Source: Nitrospirota bacterium (lineage in GTDB: Bacteria; Nitrospirota; JACRHJ01). Taken from it: a stretch of 64,000 nt of DNA. The notes under the pieces are model-generated. The model was not told the origin of the DNA and ran no database searches. It saw nothing but the letters and a program-made list of their open reading frames with translations. Position numbers and translations under genes: made by a program. The stretch covers positions 224,001 to 288,000 of the forward strand of contig CAVTDB010000026.1 in NCBI GenBank assembly GCA_963733375.1, in the 5' to 3' direction. This document shows, piece after piece, positions 21,378 through 32,065 of the stretch; within the stretch, counting starts at the first letter, position 1, and each line of letters begins with the position of its first letter.

Positions 21378-22619
21378 ATGAAAGAGCAGCTTATTAATGC
21401 GGAGATACTGAGTCTTTTAAATGAGAAACAAGAGATAAGCCATGTCCTGGAGCAGGTAGCGCTCAAGCTGAAAAATTACCTGGGATGTGAAGCGCTGGGA
21501 ATAAGGATAAAGGACAATAAAGGCAATATCCCATACGCCGTAACTACCGGATTTAACGATGAATTTCTGGCCAAGGAATGTTTTTTATCCGTAAGGACGG
21601 ACAGTTGCGTCTGCATCGGGATAGTAGAAGGAAAATACGACCCTGCCCTGCCTTTTTATACTCCCCACGGCTCCTTTTTTACGGATAATTTACTGTCACT
21701 TACGCCCCTCCTGGATGGGATGCGGGCCGGAACGTTCAGGGGTGAGTGCGTCCGGTGCGGGTGGGAGTGCCTGGGCGTCGTGCCTATCCGTTTTGCACAC
21801 CAGTATTTCGGGGCCATCCATTTCGTGCACAAGGAAGCAAATGCCATTCAGAGAAGTCAGGTCCGGTTTGTAGAAAATATCGCCTCGCAGATTGGTCTTT
21901 ACATCCACTCAATTGCCGCCGTTAAAGAAAAGGACGGCGAGTTTCAGGAGATTGTCCAGCGGATAATCCACGACCTCCGAAGTCCGCTCACGTCGATAAA
22001 AGGTTTTTCGGAGCTTATCACATTAAAATATTCGGACCGGCTTGAAGACGACATCCCGGAAATGGTCGAAAGGATTTCCAGGAACGCCGAATACATCGAG
22101 CACTTCATCCATAGCTTTGGCGATTTCGCGCACTCGACCGGCGGCGCGAAAGAACATTCCGAGACGATAGATTTAAAGGAATTCATTTTAAACCTCGTCT
22201 CGGAAATGGACCTGCCGCGAAAAGAAGAGGTCGAAATAAAGTTTGAGGAAAATATCCCCTTTATAGAGTATCCTCCGTTTTGCCTCAAGAGGATATTATC
22301 AAATTTGATAGGCAACGCCGTCAAATATACTCCCGGCGACCGCACGCCGGTAATCGAGGTCGGCTGCCAGGAAAAGGATATCTTTTATCAGGTCTCGGTG
22401 AAAGATTCCGGCATGGGCGTAAAGGCGGATGAGACGGAGAAAATTTTTCACCCGTTTTACCGCTCCAGCAAGGCGGCGAATATCCGCGGCTCGGGGCTCG
22501 GCCTGTCAATCTGCAAAAAGCTGGTGGAAAAACGCGGCGGCACGATATGGGTCTATTCGGACAAGGGTCAGGGGAGCACCTTTTATTTCACGGTGCCCAA
22601 AACTATAAAAAATCCTTAA
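21378..22619 (+). CDS. Cytoplasmic GAF-domain sensor histidine kinase
   Basis: Cys-rich GAF-like N-terminus; IHDLRSPL, NLIGNAVKY, DSGMG, GSGLGL. Confidence 0.88.
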   Translation: MKEQLINAEILSLLNEKQEISHVLEQVALKLKNYLGCEALGIRIKDNKGNIPYAVTTGFNDEFLAKECFLSVRTDSCVCIGIVEGKYDPALPFYTPHGSFFTDNLLSLTPLLDGMRAGTFRGECVRCGWECLGVVPIRFAHQYFGAIHFVHKEANAIQRSQVRFVENIASQIGLYIHSIAAVKEKDGEFQEIVQRIIHDLRSPLTSIKGFSELITLKYSDRLEDDIPEMVERISRNAEYIEHFIHSFGDFAHSTGGAKEHSETIDLKEFILNLVSEMDLPRKEEVEIKFEENIPFIEYPPFCLKRILSNLIGNAVKYTPGDRTPVIEVGCQEKDIFYQVSVKDSGMGVKADETEKIFHPFYRSSKAANIRGSGLGLSICKKLVEKRGGTIWVYSDKGQGSTFYFTVPKTIKNP

Positions 22620-22768
22620 GCACGGCTTAGCCCACCCGGGGAAGCCCCCTTCCTTTTTTCCAACGTCTCCTTTTTGTCTCTTCTACTTCCCGATTTTATT
22701 GATAATTCCCTGATAATAATGTAAAATTATTAGTTGGCGTCTAATATTTTTCCCCGGAGCTATCATAA

Positions 22769-24067
22769 ATGGCTGATGAAGACTTAAATAAATTAAAGAT
22801 AGAGAAAACAGTAACAAAAACGGGCATCCGCAAGCGGAAAAGGCCCTTTATCTGGGCGGTGGCCGCGGTGATTATCCTTGCGGCGGTCCTCGCGGCGACT
22901 GGCGTCCTTACTCCCGCGGTCGAAGTGAAGACCGCCGTCGTATCCATGGTCTATCCGACACAGACGTTCACCCGTCTGGACGCGAGCGGGTATGTCGTGG
23001 CGCAGCGCAAGGCGGCCGTGGCGGGCAAGGTGACGGGAAGGCTGGACTGGCTTGGCGTAAAAGAGGGCTCCCGCGTAAAGAAGGGCCAGATAATTGCGCG
23101 CCTTGAGAAGCAGGACGTGCTTGCGGCCGAGGCCCAGGCCAGGGCCAATCTGGCCAGTTCCCGCGACACGCTGAACCAGGCGTCGGCGAACGTGATAAAC
23201 GCGAAGTCGGCGCTCGATCAGGCCCAGGCCGAGTTAAGCGACGCGAAGCTGAACATCGACCGTCAGAGAGACCTCCTGAAGAAGGGGTTCGTCGCGAAGT
23301 CTGATTATGATTCAGCCGAGGCGAGATATAAAAAGGCGGTTGCGGGCGTCGAAGGCGCGAAGGCCGCAATACGCGCGGACGAGGCGGCCAGAAACGCTGC
23401 CAGGGCCGCAATATCTGGCTCCGCCGCGGCGCTGGAAGGCGCGGAAGCGAACGTGGAATATACCCTCATCCGGGCCCCGTTCGATGCGGTGGTCCTGACG
23501 AAGAACGCGGATATCGGCGACATCGTAACGCCTATAGGGGCATCCACCAACGCCCAGGCCGCGGTGGTTACAATCGCCGATATGGACTCGCTGGAGGTGG
23601 AGGCGGACGTCTCGGAGGCGAACCTGGAACTGGTGAAGGAGGGGCAGCCCTGCGAGATTCAGTTAGACGCCCTGCCCGGCAGCAGGTTCAGGGGGGAGGT
23701 GTCCGTAATAGTGCCCACCGCCGACCGGACGAAGGCTTCGGTCATGGTGAAAGTAAAGTTCATAGACAAGGACCCGCGGATTCTGCCGGAGATGAGCGCG
23801 AAGGTTGCGTTCCTCGCGCATTGGCCGAGCCCGGAAGACAGGAAACCGCTGTTAGCCGTAAACCCGGCCGCGCTGACTGAGAAGCACGGAAAGCAGGCGG
23901 TCTTCGTGATAAAGGACGGGCGGGCGGTTCTGACTGCGGTACGCACCGGGAAGAAGCTGGGGGATTGGGTGGAAGTCACCTCCGGCCTGAAGACGGGGGA
24001 CAAGGTCGCGGTAAGCAACGTGGATAAATTAAAAGACGGCTCAAAAATAAAAGAAGCCGTGGAATAA
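22769..24067 (+). CDS. Efflux periplasmic adaptor (MacA/HlyD family)
   Basis: TM anchor, ASGYVVA, lipoyl halves, long coiled coil, IRAPFD. Confidence 0.92.
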   Translation: MADEDLNKLKIEKTVTKTGIRKRKRPFIWAVAAVIILAAVLAATGVLTPAVEVKTAVVSMVYPTQTFTRLDASGYVVAQRKAAVAGKVTGRLDWLGVKEGSRVKKGQIIARLEKQDVLAAEAQARANLASSRDTLNQASANVINAKSALDQAQAELSDAKLNIDRQRDLLKKGFVAKSDYDSAEARYKKAVAGVEGAKAAIRADEAARNAARAAISGSAAALEGAEANVEYTLIRAPFDAVVLTKNADIGDIVTPIGASTNAQAAVVTIADMDSLEVEADVSEANLELVKEGQPCEIQLDALPGSRFRGEVSVIVPTADRTKASVMVKVKFIDKDPRILPEMSAKVAFLAHWPSPEDRKPLLAVNPAALTEKHGKQAVFVIKDGRAVLTAVRTGKKLGDWVEVTSGLKTGDKVAVSNVDKLKDGSKIKEAVE

Positions 24068-24069
24068 CG

Positions 24070-24762
24070 ATGGCAAATAATAAAGAGCCTGTGGTCCAGG
24101 TCAGTAACGTCACGAAGTCCTACCGCCGGGGAAGCCAGGTGGTGCCGGTACTGCAGGATTTGACTTTCGATATACAAAAAGGCGAGTTCGTCGCCCTGAT
24201 GGGGCCATCCGGTTCCGGCAAGAGCACGCTCTTAAACTTAATCGCCGGACTGGACAAGGCAGACAGCGGGAGCATCCATGTAGGCGGGGTCGATATTACC
24301 GCCCTTTCGGAGACCGAGCTTGCCGGGTGGCGGGCGTCGAACGTAGGGTTCATATTTCAGTTCTACAACCTGATCCCGGTATTGACCGCGTTCGAGAACG
24401 TGGAACTTCCGCTGGTGCTGACCGGACTTTCAAAAAAAGAACGGCGCGAACACGCCGATACGGCGCTTAGAGTAGTGGGCCTCGAAGACCGTATGGACCA
24501 CTATCCTTCCCAGCTTTCGGGCGGCCAGCAGCAGAGGGTGGCAATCGCCCGAGCGATTGTCACGGACCCTGCAATACTTGTCGCGGACGAGCCGACGGGG
24601 GACCTGGACAAGGTCTCGGCGCAGGAGATACTGGGCCTGATGGAGCGCCTGAACCGTGAATCGGACAAGACGATTATCATGGTGACGCACGACCCCAGAG
24701 CCGCCGAAAAAGCGCACGTCCTGAGGCACCTCGAAAAAGGTATCCTCACCAATGCTGATTAA
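24070..24762 (+). CDS. ABC transporter ATP-binding protein (MacB/LolD type)
   Basis: [31 protein letters not shown]. Confidence 0.95.
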   Translation: MANNKEPVVQVSNVTKSYRRGSQVVPVLQDLTFDIQKGEFVALMGPSGSGKSTLLNLIAGLDKADSGSIHVGGVDITALSETELAGWRASNVGFIFQFYNLIPVLTAFENVELPLVLTGLSKKERREHADTALRVVGLEDRMDHYPSQLSGGQQQRVAIARAIVTDPAILVADEPTGDLDKVSAQEILGLMERLNRESDKTIIMVTHDPRAAEKAHVLRHLEKGILTNAD

Positions 24763-25905
24763 GCTCCTTTTTAAAAACCCCCTGCGCCACAAGCTCCGGT
24801 CCATCCTCACAGTTCTGGGCATCGCCATCGCCATATTGTCTTTCGGTATGCTCCGGACAATCGTCGGCGCGTGGTATTCGGGGGTCGAATCGTCGTCGGC
24901 GACGCGCCTCGTTACGAGAAATTCCATATCGATAATTTTCCCGCTCCCGCTTTCCTATAAGGAGAAGATACGCCAGGTATCCGGGGTGAAAGACGTATCT
25001 TACGGTAACTGGTTCGGCGGGACTTACCAGAACGAAAAGAATTTCGTGGCGGCTTTCGCCGTGGATCCGAGAGCTACTTTAAGATGTTCCCGGAATACGT
25101 AGTGCCGCCGGACCAGATGAAGGCTTTTTTGAACGACAGAAAGGCCTGCATAGCCGGACGGAAGCTTGTAGAGAGATATCACTGGAAGATAGGCGACACG
25201 ATCACGATCAAGGGGAATATTTTTCCCGGGAACTGGGAGTTCGTACTCAGGGGTATATATAAAGGGAAGTACAAGAGCACGCCCGAGGACCAGTTCATGT
25301 TCCATTGGGACTACTTAAACGAGACAATGAAGAAGGAAGAGCCATCGAGGGCGGACCAAGTAGGATTTTATATGCTGGAAGTGGAACGGCCCGACCTGGC
25401 GGCATGGGTCTCGCAGGATATCGACAAGATGTTCAAAAACTCCATGGCGGAGACGCTGACAGAGACGGAGAAGGCATTTCAGCTTAGTTTTATCGCCATG
25501 ACCGAGGCGATAGTAATCGCGATACAACTGGTTTCTTTCGTCGTCATTTTAATCATCATGGCCGTAGCGGCGAACACAATGGCCATGACCGCGCGCGAGC
25601 GGATAGGGGAGTACGCGATATTCAAGACGCTCGGTTTCGGGGGATGGGATATCGCCTTCCTTATCTTCGGAGAGTCGATCATTTTGTCGATGACCGGATG
25701 CGCGATCGGCATAGCGTTGACGTATCCGGCGGCGCAGTGGTTCAAATCGGAGCTGAGCGACTGGTTCCCGGTCTTCAACGTCGCCCGGCAAACCATTTAC
25801 ATGGACATCGCGGCCGGGATGATCGTGGGAATTACGGCCTCCATTTTCCCGGCGTGGCGGGCGATAAAGCTGCGGATAGCCGACGGTCTCAGGAGGATCG
25901 GATAA
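24752..25905 (+). CDS. ABC transporter permease, FtsX/MacB family (frameshift ~25075)
   Basis: [11 protein letters not shown]; [14 protein letters not shown]; PAWRA. Confidence 0.9.
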
Positions 25906-27075
25906 ATGGCCGCGATCTTCTTTTTCTATTCCTTCCGTAACCTCTGGACCAGGAAGCTCACGACTGTCCTGACGGCGGGTGGGATGGCGCTCGTCGTTTT
26001 CGTGTTCGCGTCGGTCCTCATGCTCGCTGCCGGTTTGAAGAAGACGCTGGTGGAGACAGGCTCCTATGATAACGTCGTCGCCGTCCGCAAGGCGGCGGAG
26101 ACCGAAGTCCAGAGCGGAGTGGACCGCGACCAGGCGTCCATCGTGGAGAGCCAGCCGGAAATCGCGACTGGTCCGGACGGAGAGAAGCAGGTGGCAAAGG
26201 AGCTTGTCGTGCTGATAAACCTGCTGAAACGGGGGAGCGACAATCCGTCTAACGTGGAGATACGCGGCATAGGCAAAGAGTCCATGGCGCTCAGGCCGCA
26301 GGTAAAGATCGTCGCGGGGCGGATGCCAAGGCCCGGGTCGGCTGAGATTATGGCCGGGCAGGGCGTCGCGCAACGCTTCCAGGGCGCGGGCCTCGGAGAG
26401 AGTTTGAAGTTCGGGATGCGGGACTGGAGGGTCGTGGGGATTTTCGACGCGGGCAATACCGGGTTCAATTCGGAGATATGGGGGGACGCCGACCAGCTTA
26501 TGCAGGCATTCCGCCGGCCTGTTTACTCCTCGGTCATATTCAAACTGCGGGACTCCTCCGAGTTCGGCAAGGTAAAGGCGAGGCTGGAATCCGACCCGAG
26601 GCTGACGCTGGACGTAAGGCGCGAGACGCAGTATTACAAGGACCAGTCCGAGCTGATGGCGAAATTCTTGCGGATTATGGGGCTCTCCCTTACGGTGATA
26701 TTTTCCATCGGCGCGATAATCGGCGCGATGATAACCATGTACGCCGCGGTGTCGAACCGTGTGAGCGAGATAGGGACGCTCCGGGCGTTAGGTTTCACGA
26801 GGCGGAACATAACGCTGGCGTTCATCTCCGAATCCCTTCTGCTGGGTTTAATCGGGGGACTGGCGGGGCTTTTCCTGGCGTCCTTCCTCCAGCTCTTCAC
26901 CATATCCACCATGAACTGGCAGACATTCTCCGAGCTTGCGTTCACGTTCACCCTTACGTTTGAAATTTTCTGGAAGTCGCTGGCGTTCGCGCTTGTGATG
27001 GGCCTTATAGGCGGAGTGCCGCCGGCGATTAGGGCGGCACGGATGAATATCGTGGAGGCTCTCCGGACGAGCTGA
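25906..27075 (+). CDS. ABC transporter permease, FtsX/MacB family
   Basis: REIGTLRALGF-like motif, PAIRAARMNIVEALR. Confidence 0.92.
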   Translation: MAAIFFFYSFRNLWTRKLTTVLTAGGMALVVFVFASVLMLAAGLKKTLVETGSYDNVVAVRKAAETEVQSGVDRDQASIVESQPEIATGPDGEKQVAKELVVLINLLKRGSDNPSNVEIRGIGKESMALRPQVKIVAGRMPRPGSAEIMAGQGVAQRFQGAGLGESLKFGMRDWRVVGIFDAGNTGFNSEIWGDADQLMQAFRRPVYSSVIFKLRDSSEFGKVKARLESDPRLTLDVRRETQYYKDQSELMAKFLRIMGLSLTVIFSIGAIIGAMITMYAAVSNRVSEIGTLRALGFTRRNITLAFISESLLLGLIGGLAGLFLASFLQLFTISTMNWQTFSELAFTFTLTFEIFWKSLAFALVMGLIGGVPPAIRAARMNIVEALRTS

Positions 27076-27102
27076 TAAACAGAAAGTGAAAAAAAATTCC
27101 AC

Positions 27103-27145
27103 AAAAAATAACCCCCGGAATTTCTTCCGGGGGTATTGGTTTTTC
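27103..27145. terminator. Bidirectional terminator
   Basis: AATAACCCCCGGAA-TTTC-TTCCGGGGGTATT between convergent genes. Confidence 0.75.
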
Positions 27146-27159
27146 GTTTTTGATGCGCT

Positions 27160-27357
27160 TTACGCGCTCATCACGTTAACCGCCTGCGGACCCTTCGGGC
27201 CGTTCGTGACTTCGAACTGGACTTCCTGTCCTTCGTTCAAAGTCTTGAAGCCGTCCATCTTTATCTCGGAGAAATGCACGAAAACGTCTTTGCCTTCCTC
27301 AGGAGAGATGAAACCATAACCCTTGCTCTCGTTGAACCACTTTACTGTACCCTTCAT
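27160..27357 (-). CDS. cspA: Cold-shock protein
   Basis: [33 protein letters not shown]. Confidence 0.93.
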   Translation of the reverse strand: MKGTVKWFNESKGYGFISPEEGKDVFVHFSEIKMDGFKTLNEGQEVQFEVTNGPKGPQAVNVMSA

Positions 27358-27514
27358 CAACAAAACCCCTTTTTCTTTGGGCTGGCGCACCCTGCGCATC
27401 GCCCGATTAACCTGTCAAACTTTTTCAACCTAAGTAAAGCGTTCAACCTCTTAGCAATGAAAAATCGCAGGCATAAAAAAAGCCACGGCGTTGTGCCGTG
27501 GCACCACTTGTCAA

Positions 27515-27543
27515 ATACTACTCGCTTGTTTGGAAGATGTCAA
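27515..27543 (-). promoter_or_regulatory. Sigma70 promoter for csp, implying a ~150-nt 5' UTR
   Basis: Minus strand TTGACA (27543-27538)-17-TAGTAT (27520-27515). Confidence 0.65.
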
Positions 27544-27555
27544 GACTAATATATA

Positions 27556-28263
27556 CTAATCTTTAATAAACCTGTCCCTGAACTCGCGCGCCTCCGCAGG
27601 CGGGACGTTCTTCGCGTTCTCCAGCCTCTTAAGAGTCCCCGCAGGGTCGTCATGCACGCCCTCGACGACCTTTTGCACCGCGGTCGCAAACCGCGCGATC
27701 CGCGCATCCACCTTTGCGGGGAACAGCTTTACCAGGAGTTTTAAAGCAACTCCGGCAGCCGAGTTATCAACCATCATGTAGCCTTTGGCCTTTGCATCGA
27801 GCTTTCCGCCGCTGGTCTCATGGTACTCCACCAGAAGGGCGATCCTTCCCTTCAGTATTACGCCCAGGATTATCTTCCAGTAGCCGTCGATGTAGTACAG
27901 CCTCCTGCCGGGGGTGGAGTTGATAAGCTCCATATCGCCTACCAGTTGTTTGGTGTCGTCGATGTGATAGACCTCGGGGCCGGTCTTCGTTATCACATAC
28001 TTATCGAGCGATTTATGCATTTTCCCGGCAAGGGCGACGGAGGTGCGGGGCCTGTCCAGCAGGAACTCGAAATCGGGCGCGGTGGTAGGCAGGGCTTTGA
28101 GGTCCGCTTCCCTGTAAAGGGTGGGGTCTTTAAAAAGTTCCTTTGCTTTCCCTTCTTTGGCGGTGAGGGCGCCGAAATCAGGGTCCGCCGCGCCTGAAAA
28201 AGCAAGGGTCGGAAACAGGACAGCCAGGACCAGCGCAAAGAAGAGGTAATACTTAATTCTCAT
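27556..28263 (-). CDS. Exported hypothetical protein
   Basis: Signal-peptide-like N-terminus, host-like codon usage, no recognised motif. Confidence 0.7.
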   Translation of the reverse strand: MRIKYYLFFALVLAVLFPTLAFSGAADPDFGALTAKEGKAKELFKDPTLYREADLKALPTTAPDFEFLLDRPRTSVALAGKMHKSLDKYVITKTGPEVYHIDDTKQLVGDMELINSTPGRRLYYIDGYWKIILGVILKGRIALLVEYHETSGGKLDAKAKGYMMVDNSAAGVALKLLVKLFPAKVDARIARFATAVQKVVEGVHDDPAGTLKRLENAKNVPPAEAREFRDRFIKD

Positions 28264-28318
28264 AGCTATTGTAATAGACGCTCTGCATGCTAAAAAGTTT
28301 ACACTTCTTTATTCTAAC

Positions 28319-28909
28319 CTATCTGACGATGAATTTCTCAAGTCTTTTTCCGAAAACACGCGAGAGCCTGTAGAAATCCTCCGACTCCTCCCTGGTTATG
28401 CAGTCTCCTTCGAGCATCTTTTTCGAGTATGACTCGATTGCGGAGGCCTCACGCTTCATGTCCGCGAACTGCACGCGCAGGCTGTTGTTCATCTCTTTAA
28501 ACGAGTCGGAGAGACTTTTTATCTCGTCCTTGGCCCGTAGCTCAAAACTACCCGTCAGGTCGCCCTTGCCAATTCGCTCCGCCGCCTTCCCAAGCCGGAA
28601 TATCGGTCCCGCAAGCCTGTGGGATACCACCAGCACCACTATTGAAACCGCCGCGACAATCAGCAGGACCGCTAATAAATTTACCTTCAAGAGCGCGGGG
28701 ATTACCATATCCGATGTGCTTGTGAGCCGGAAGTGGTTGCTGTAGAATACTTCTTCCGCGCTCCTTTCCACGGAGCGGTAAACCAGGTATCCCGCCGCCG
28801 CGAACCCCGCTACGGCAACTATCAAAAACCTGGCCACGAACCGCGACTGAAATCCCTTTTTGATGAAATAGTTCCGTCTCCTCCAGTCATTATTTTGCAT
28901 TTGGTTCAC
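28319..28909 (-). CDS. Small 2-TM HAMP-domain membrane protein
   Basis: RRNYFIKKGFQ, two TMs, SHRLAGPIFRL..GDLT..LRAKDEI. Confidence 0.8.
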   Translation of the reverse strand: MNQMQNNDWRRRNYFIKKGFQSRFVARFLIVAVAGFAAAGYLVYRSVERSAEEVFYSNHFRLTSTSDMVIPALLKVNLLAVLLIVAAVSIVVLVVSHRLAGPIFRLGKAAERIGKGDLTGSFELRAKDEIKSLSDSFKEMNNSLRVQFADMKREASAIESYSKKMLEGDCITREESEDFYRLSRVFGKRLEKFIVR

Positions 28910-29789
28910 TCCTTAACTCCTTATGGCAGGCGAGGCAGAGGCCCTGGAAGCTCCCGCGGGCGCCTATTACCAGCGTCTTCCCTTCGGCCGCGTAAGGGTC
29001 GTGGCAGGTGCAGCAGCCGATTTTCCCGTCGAAAAGACGGAGCCTCTTATCCAGTTTCTCTTCCGGGACGTAACCGGCGTTCCCCATTGTCGCCAACGAG
29101 TAATCGACGCCTATCGGGTGAGAGAGGCCGATGCAGGAAGTCGAATGGGGCCAGACGCCTTTCCCCAGGGTCGTCTTCGGGGATGCGCCGCCGTGACAGT
29201 CCAGGCAGGCGAGCGAGAGCGGGTCCAGGTCTGCGCCCTTGTCCGAAACCTTGAAACGAGCGAACCCGTGGCCCTTGTTCATCACCGTCCTGTGCGAGTC
29301 TGTCAGGGCCGTCTTGTTCACGTCCGGCCCTATCGACGCCAGCTGTATCTGCTTTATTCCTTCTTCCGTATTATGGCAGGATAAGCAGAAGTTCTTGCCG
29401 ATGACGTCGCGGCGGAGGAAATATGTCTTCTGGCCGGTGAGGGGATTGACGTATTCCCTGTGGATGTCGTGGCAGGTCGCGCAGGTCATCTTTCCGTCCG
29501 CGTCCAGCGGCATATCCCTGGGTATGTTCACCCGGTCCGACGGCTTCATGTTCACCTGGTGAGAGATGCTTTTGGACATGTCGTGGCAGCGCGCGCACAT
29601 GTTGGAGACAGTGTCCGTGAGCCGGAGCGGCTCCTCGCTTGGCGTCCCCTTGGACGGGAGGGTAACGTGGCAGTAGAAGCAGTCCGTCCGGGTGAACTCG
29701 TGCGGGTTCGACCTGCTGTCGAATTCGACAGCGAAAGCGGCGGCGGCGACGGCTGTCGTTAAAAGTGCGATTATGAAAATGCGGCGCAT
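28890..29789 (-). CDS. Periplasmic multiheme c-type cytochrome (7 CxxCH)
   Basis: Signal peptide; CFYCH, CARCH, CATCH, CLSCH, CLDCH, CCTCH, CLACH. Confidence 0.92.
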   Translation of the reverse strand: MRRIFIIALLTTAVAAAAFAVEFDSRSNPHEFTRTDCFYCHVTLPSKGTPSEEPLRLTDTVSNMCARCHDMSKSISHQVNMKPSDRVNIPRDMPLDADGKMTCATCHDIHREYVNPLTGQKTYFLRRDVIGKNFCLSCHNTEEGIKQIQLASIGPDVNKTALTDSHRTVMNKGHGFARFKVSDKGADLDPLSLACLDCHGGASPKTTLGKGVWPHSTSCIGLSHPIGVDYSLATMGNAGYVPEEKLDKRLRLFDGKIGCCTCHDPYAAEGKTLVIGARGSFQGLCLACHKELRSEPNAK

Positions 29790-29802
29790 TCTATTGTCCC
29801 CG

Positions 29803-30384
29803 TCAGTTTGACGTCTTTATGGCATCTAATCTCTCGACGAGTTCGCCAGCGGCAAGATGTATCTCGCGCAGGGTCTCCGCACGCTCTGTCGCCGACATGC
29901 CAAGGGGCGATTTATCCCGCAGCCTCCGGGCGCAGCTATCCAGCTGCAGGTATGCCACCTCTACTCTGCATACCTTCTGCCTGAGTCCCTTCACCATGCC
30001 GTTCACCTGCCGGGCGAACTCCTGGACCTCGTCGTTGTCCCTCAGGGTAAGGTTACAGGAGAGGTTGCCCTCCGCTACCATGCGCGCCGTCTTCTCTACC
30101 TTCCAGAGGGGCCCGGCCAGCTTATGCGACATCAGGAGGCCTATAACCGCGATACCAAGCGCGAGCAGCGGCAAAACGGCCGTCTCGGACAGACCGATTG
30201 CGGATGGCACGCTGAACCGGAAAGACCTGACGGTTTGAAGGGCGGCGGGGAATCCGCCTTGAATATCTTTCCTTAGAACAAAATAGACAGCGGCGCAGAA
30301 GAGGATTTCGGAAGCCACGGTGAGGAGGAAGGCTTTCATGATTAACTTTGACTGAAAGCTTTTCCCGATAAAATATCTTCTCAT
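29803..30384 (-). CDS. Small 2-TM HAMP-domain membrane protein (paralog of 28319..28909)
   Basis: MRRYFIGKSFQ after GGAGG; SHKLAGPLWKV..GNLS..LRDNDEV. Confidence 0.8.
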   Translation of the reverse strand: MRRYFIGKSFQSKLIMKAFLLTVASEILFCAAVYFVLRKDIQGGFPAALQTVRSFRFSVPSAIGLSETAVLPLLALGIAVIGLLMSHKLAGPLWKVEKTARMVAEGNLSCNLTLRDNDEVQEFARQVNGMVKGLRQKVCRVEVAYLQLDSCARRLRDKSPLGMSATERAETLREIHLAAGELVERLDAIKTSN

Positions 30385-30544
30385 TTCCGTCCCTCCCTTG
30401 CCTGGGTAAAAAGCTTTAAGTCCTTGACACTTAAACCCGGACGTGCTAAGTTTCCAGTGCCCGGGAGACGCCCGGAAAAGCTCTCCGGTCAAAATAAAAA
30501 AGTTATACTTAAGTAAAACAACACAACCTTTATTTGTCAAGCCT

Positions 30545-32017
30545 ATGTATTATCCGGATATCAAGGAATTCAAGAAAAAGGCCGGGCAGGGAAACCTCGT
30601 CCCCGTATATCGCGAAATGCTCGCGGACATGCTTACGCCCGTCTCCGCCTTCCTTAAAATAGATTCAGGCCGGTATTCGTTCCTCTTGGAGAGCGTCGAG
30701 GGCGGCGAAAAATGGGCGAGATATTCCTTCCTCGGGGCCGACCCGTCCGTTATAGTCCGCACCTCCGGCAATAAGGGGTTCATAGAAACAAAAGGGTCTA
30801 CGGAAGAAAGAGAACTCACGGCTGACCCGGTATAATTCCTGAAGGAGACGATGGCACAGTACCGCCCGGTCCCGGTTGAGGGCCTGCCGCGCTTTTTCGG
30901 CGGCGCGGTCGGGTACGCGGGCTATGACGTCGTTGGCTTCCTGGAGAATATCGGGACAAGAGAAAAACCGGGCGTGGACTGCCCGGACCTCTTCTTCATG
31001 CTGACGGACACCCTGCTGATATTCGACAATGTCGCGCAGAAGATAAAGGTAGTGGCGAATGCGCACGTCGGGGAGGCGGGGCCGGAAGCGGCGTACGAAG
31101 AGGCGAAAATTAAAATCGACGCCCTGGTGGAAACCCTGAAGGGGAAGCAGCCGAAGCGTAAAAAGCCCAGGGCCAGGATTACCGGAAAGCTTAAATCCAG
31201 CTTTACAAAAAAGAATTTCGAAAATGCCGTAAGGGCCGCGAAGGAATATATCAAGGCGGGCGACATCTTTCAGGTCGTGCTCTCCCAGAGGTTCGAGGAG
31301 AAGGCGACAATCGACCCGTTCGACGTGTACAGGGCGCTCCGGGTGATAAACCCGTCGCCTTATATGTTCTACCTGAACTGCGGCGACTTCGTCCTGTCCG
31401 GCTCCTCGCCCGAAGTGATGGTCCGGGTGGAAGGCACGCGGATAGACCTGCGGCCTATCGCGGGGACCAGGAAAAGAGGGGCCACCGAGGAAGAAGACGA
31501 GGCGCTGACGAAGGAACTCCTGGCCGACCCCAAGGAGTGCGCCGAGCACATAATGCTTGTCGACCTGGGCCGAAACGACGTGGGGCGGGTATCGAAGCCG
31601 GGTAAGGTCGCCGTGAACGAACTGATGGTCATAGAGAAATATTCTCACGTCATGCACATAGTCTCAAACGTCCGGGGCGAGCTGAGTGATAGCCAGGACG
31701 CATATGACGTCATGAAGGCGTGCTTCCCGGCGGGCACGGTATCCGGCGCGCCCAAGATACGCGCCATGCAGATAATAGACGAGCTGGAGCCGACCAGGCG
31801 CGGCCCTTACGCGGGCGCGGTCGGGTATTTCAGCTTCACAGGCAACATGGACACCTGCATAACGATAAGGACGCTCCTCTTCAAGGACGGCAAGGTCTAT
31901 GTGCAGGCGGGGGCGGGGCTGGTCGCGGACTCCGTGCCGGAGACGGAATATATCGAGACGGTGAACAAGGCCGCCGCAATGATGAAGGCGCTCGAAATGG
32001 CGGAAAAGGGGCTTTAG
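30545..32017 (+). CDS. trpE: Anthranilate synthase component I (in-frame TAA at 30833, likely error)
   Basis: LLESVEGGEKWARYSF, GDIFQVVLSQR, NPSPYM, EHIMLVDLGRND, PAGTVSGAPK. Confidence 0.95.
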
Positions 32018-32065
32018 GGCGCTATCCGGTAGAGAGTCCGTGAGGCGGCGAATAAGGGGTAACAT

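Noticed and set aside
30385-30544. Trp attenuator leader upstream of trpE
   Set aside because: No short ORF with tandem Trp codons and no terminator with a T-run; looks like a plain divergent promoter region
30830-30850. Programmed read-through or a naturally split trpE
   Set aside because: A single TAA in an error-rich sequence is most simply a substitution error; no recoding signal seen
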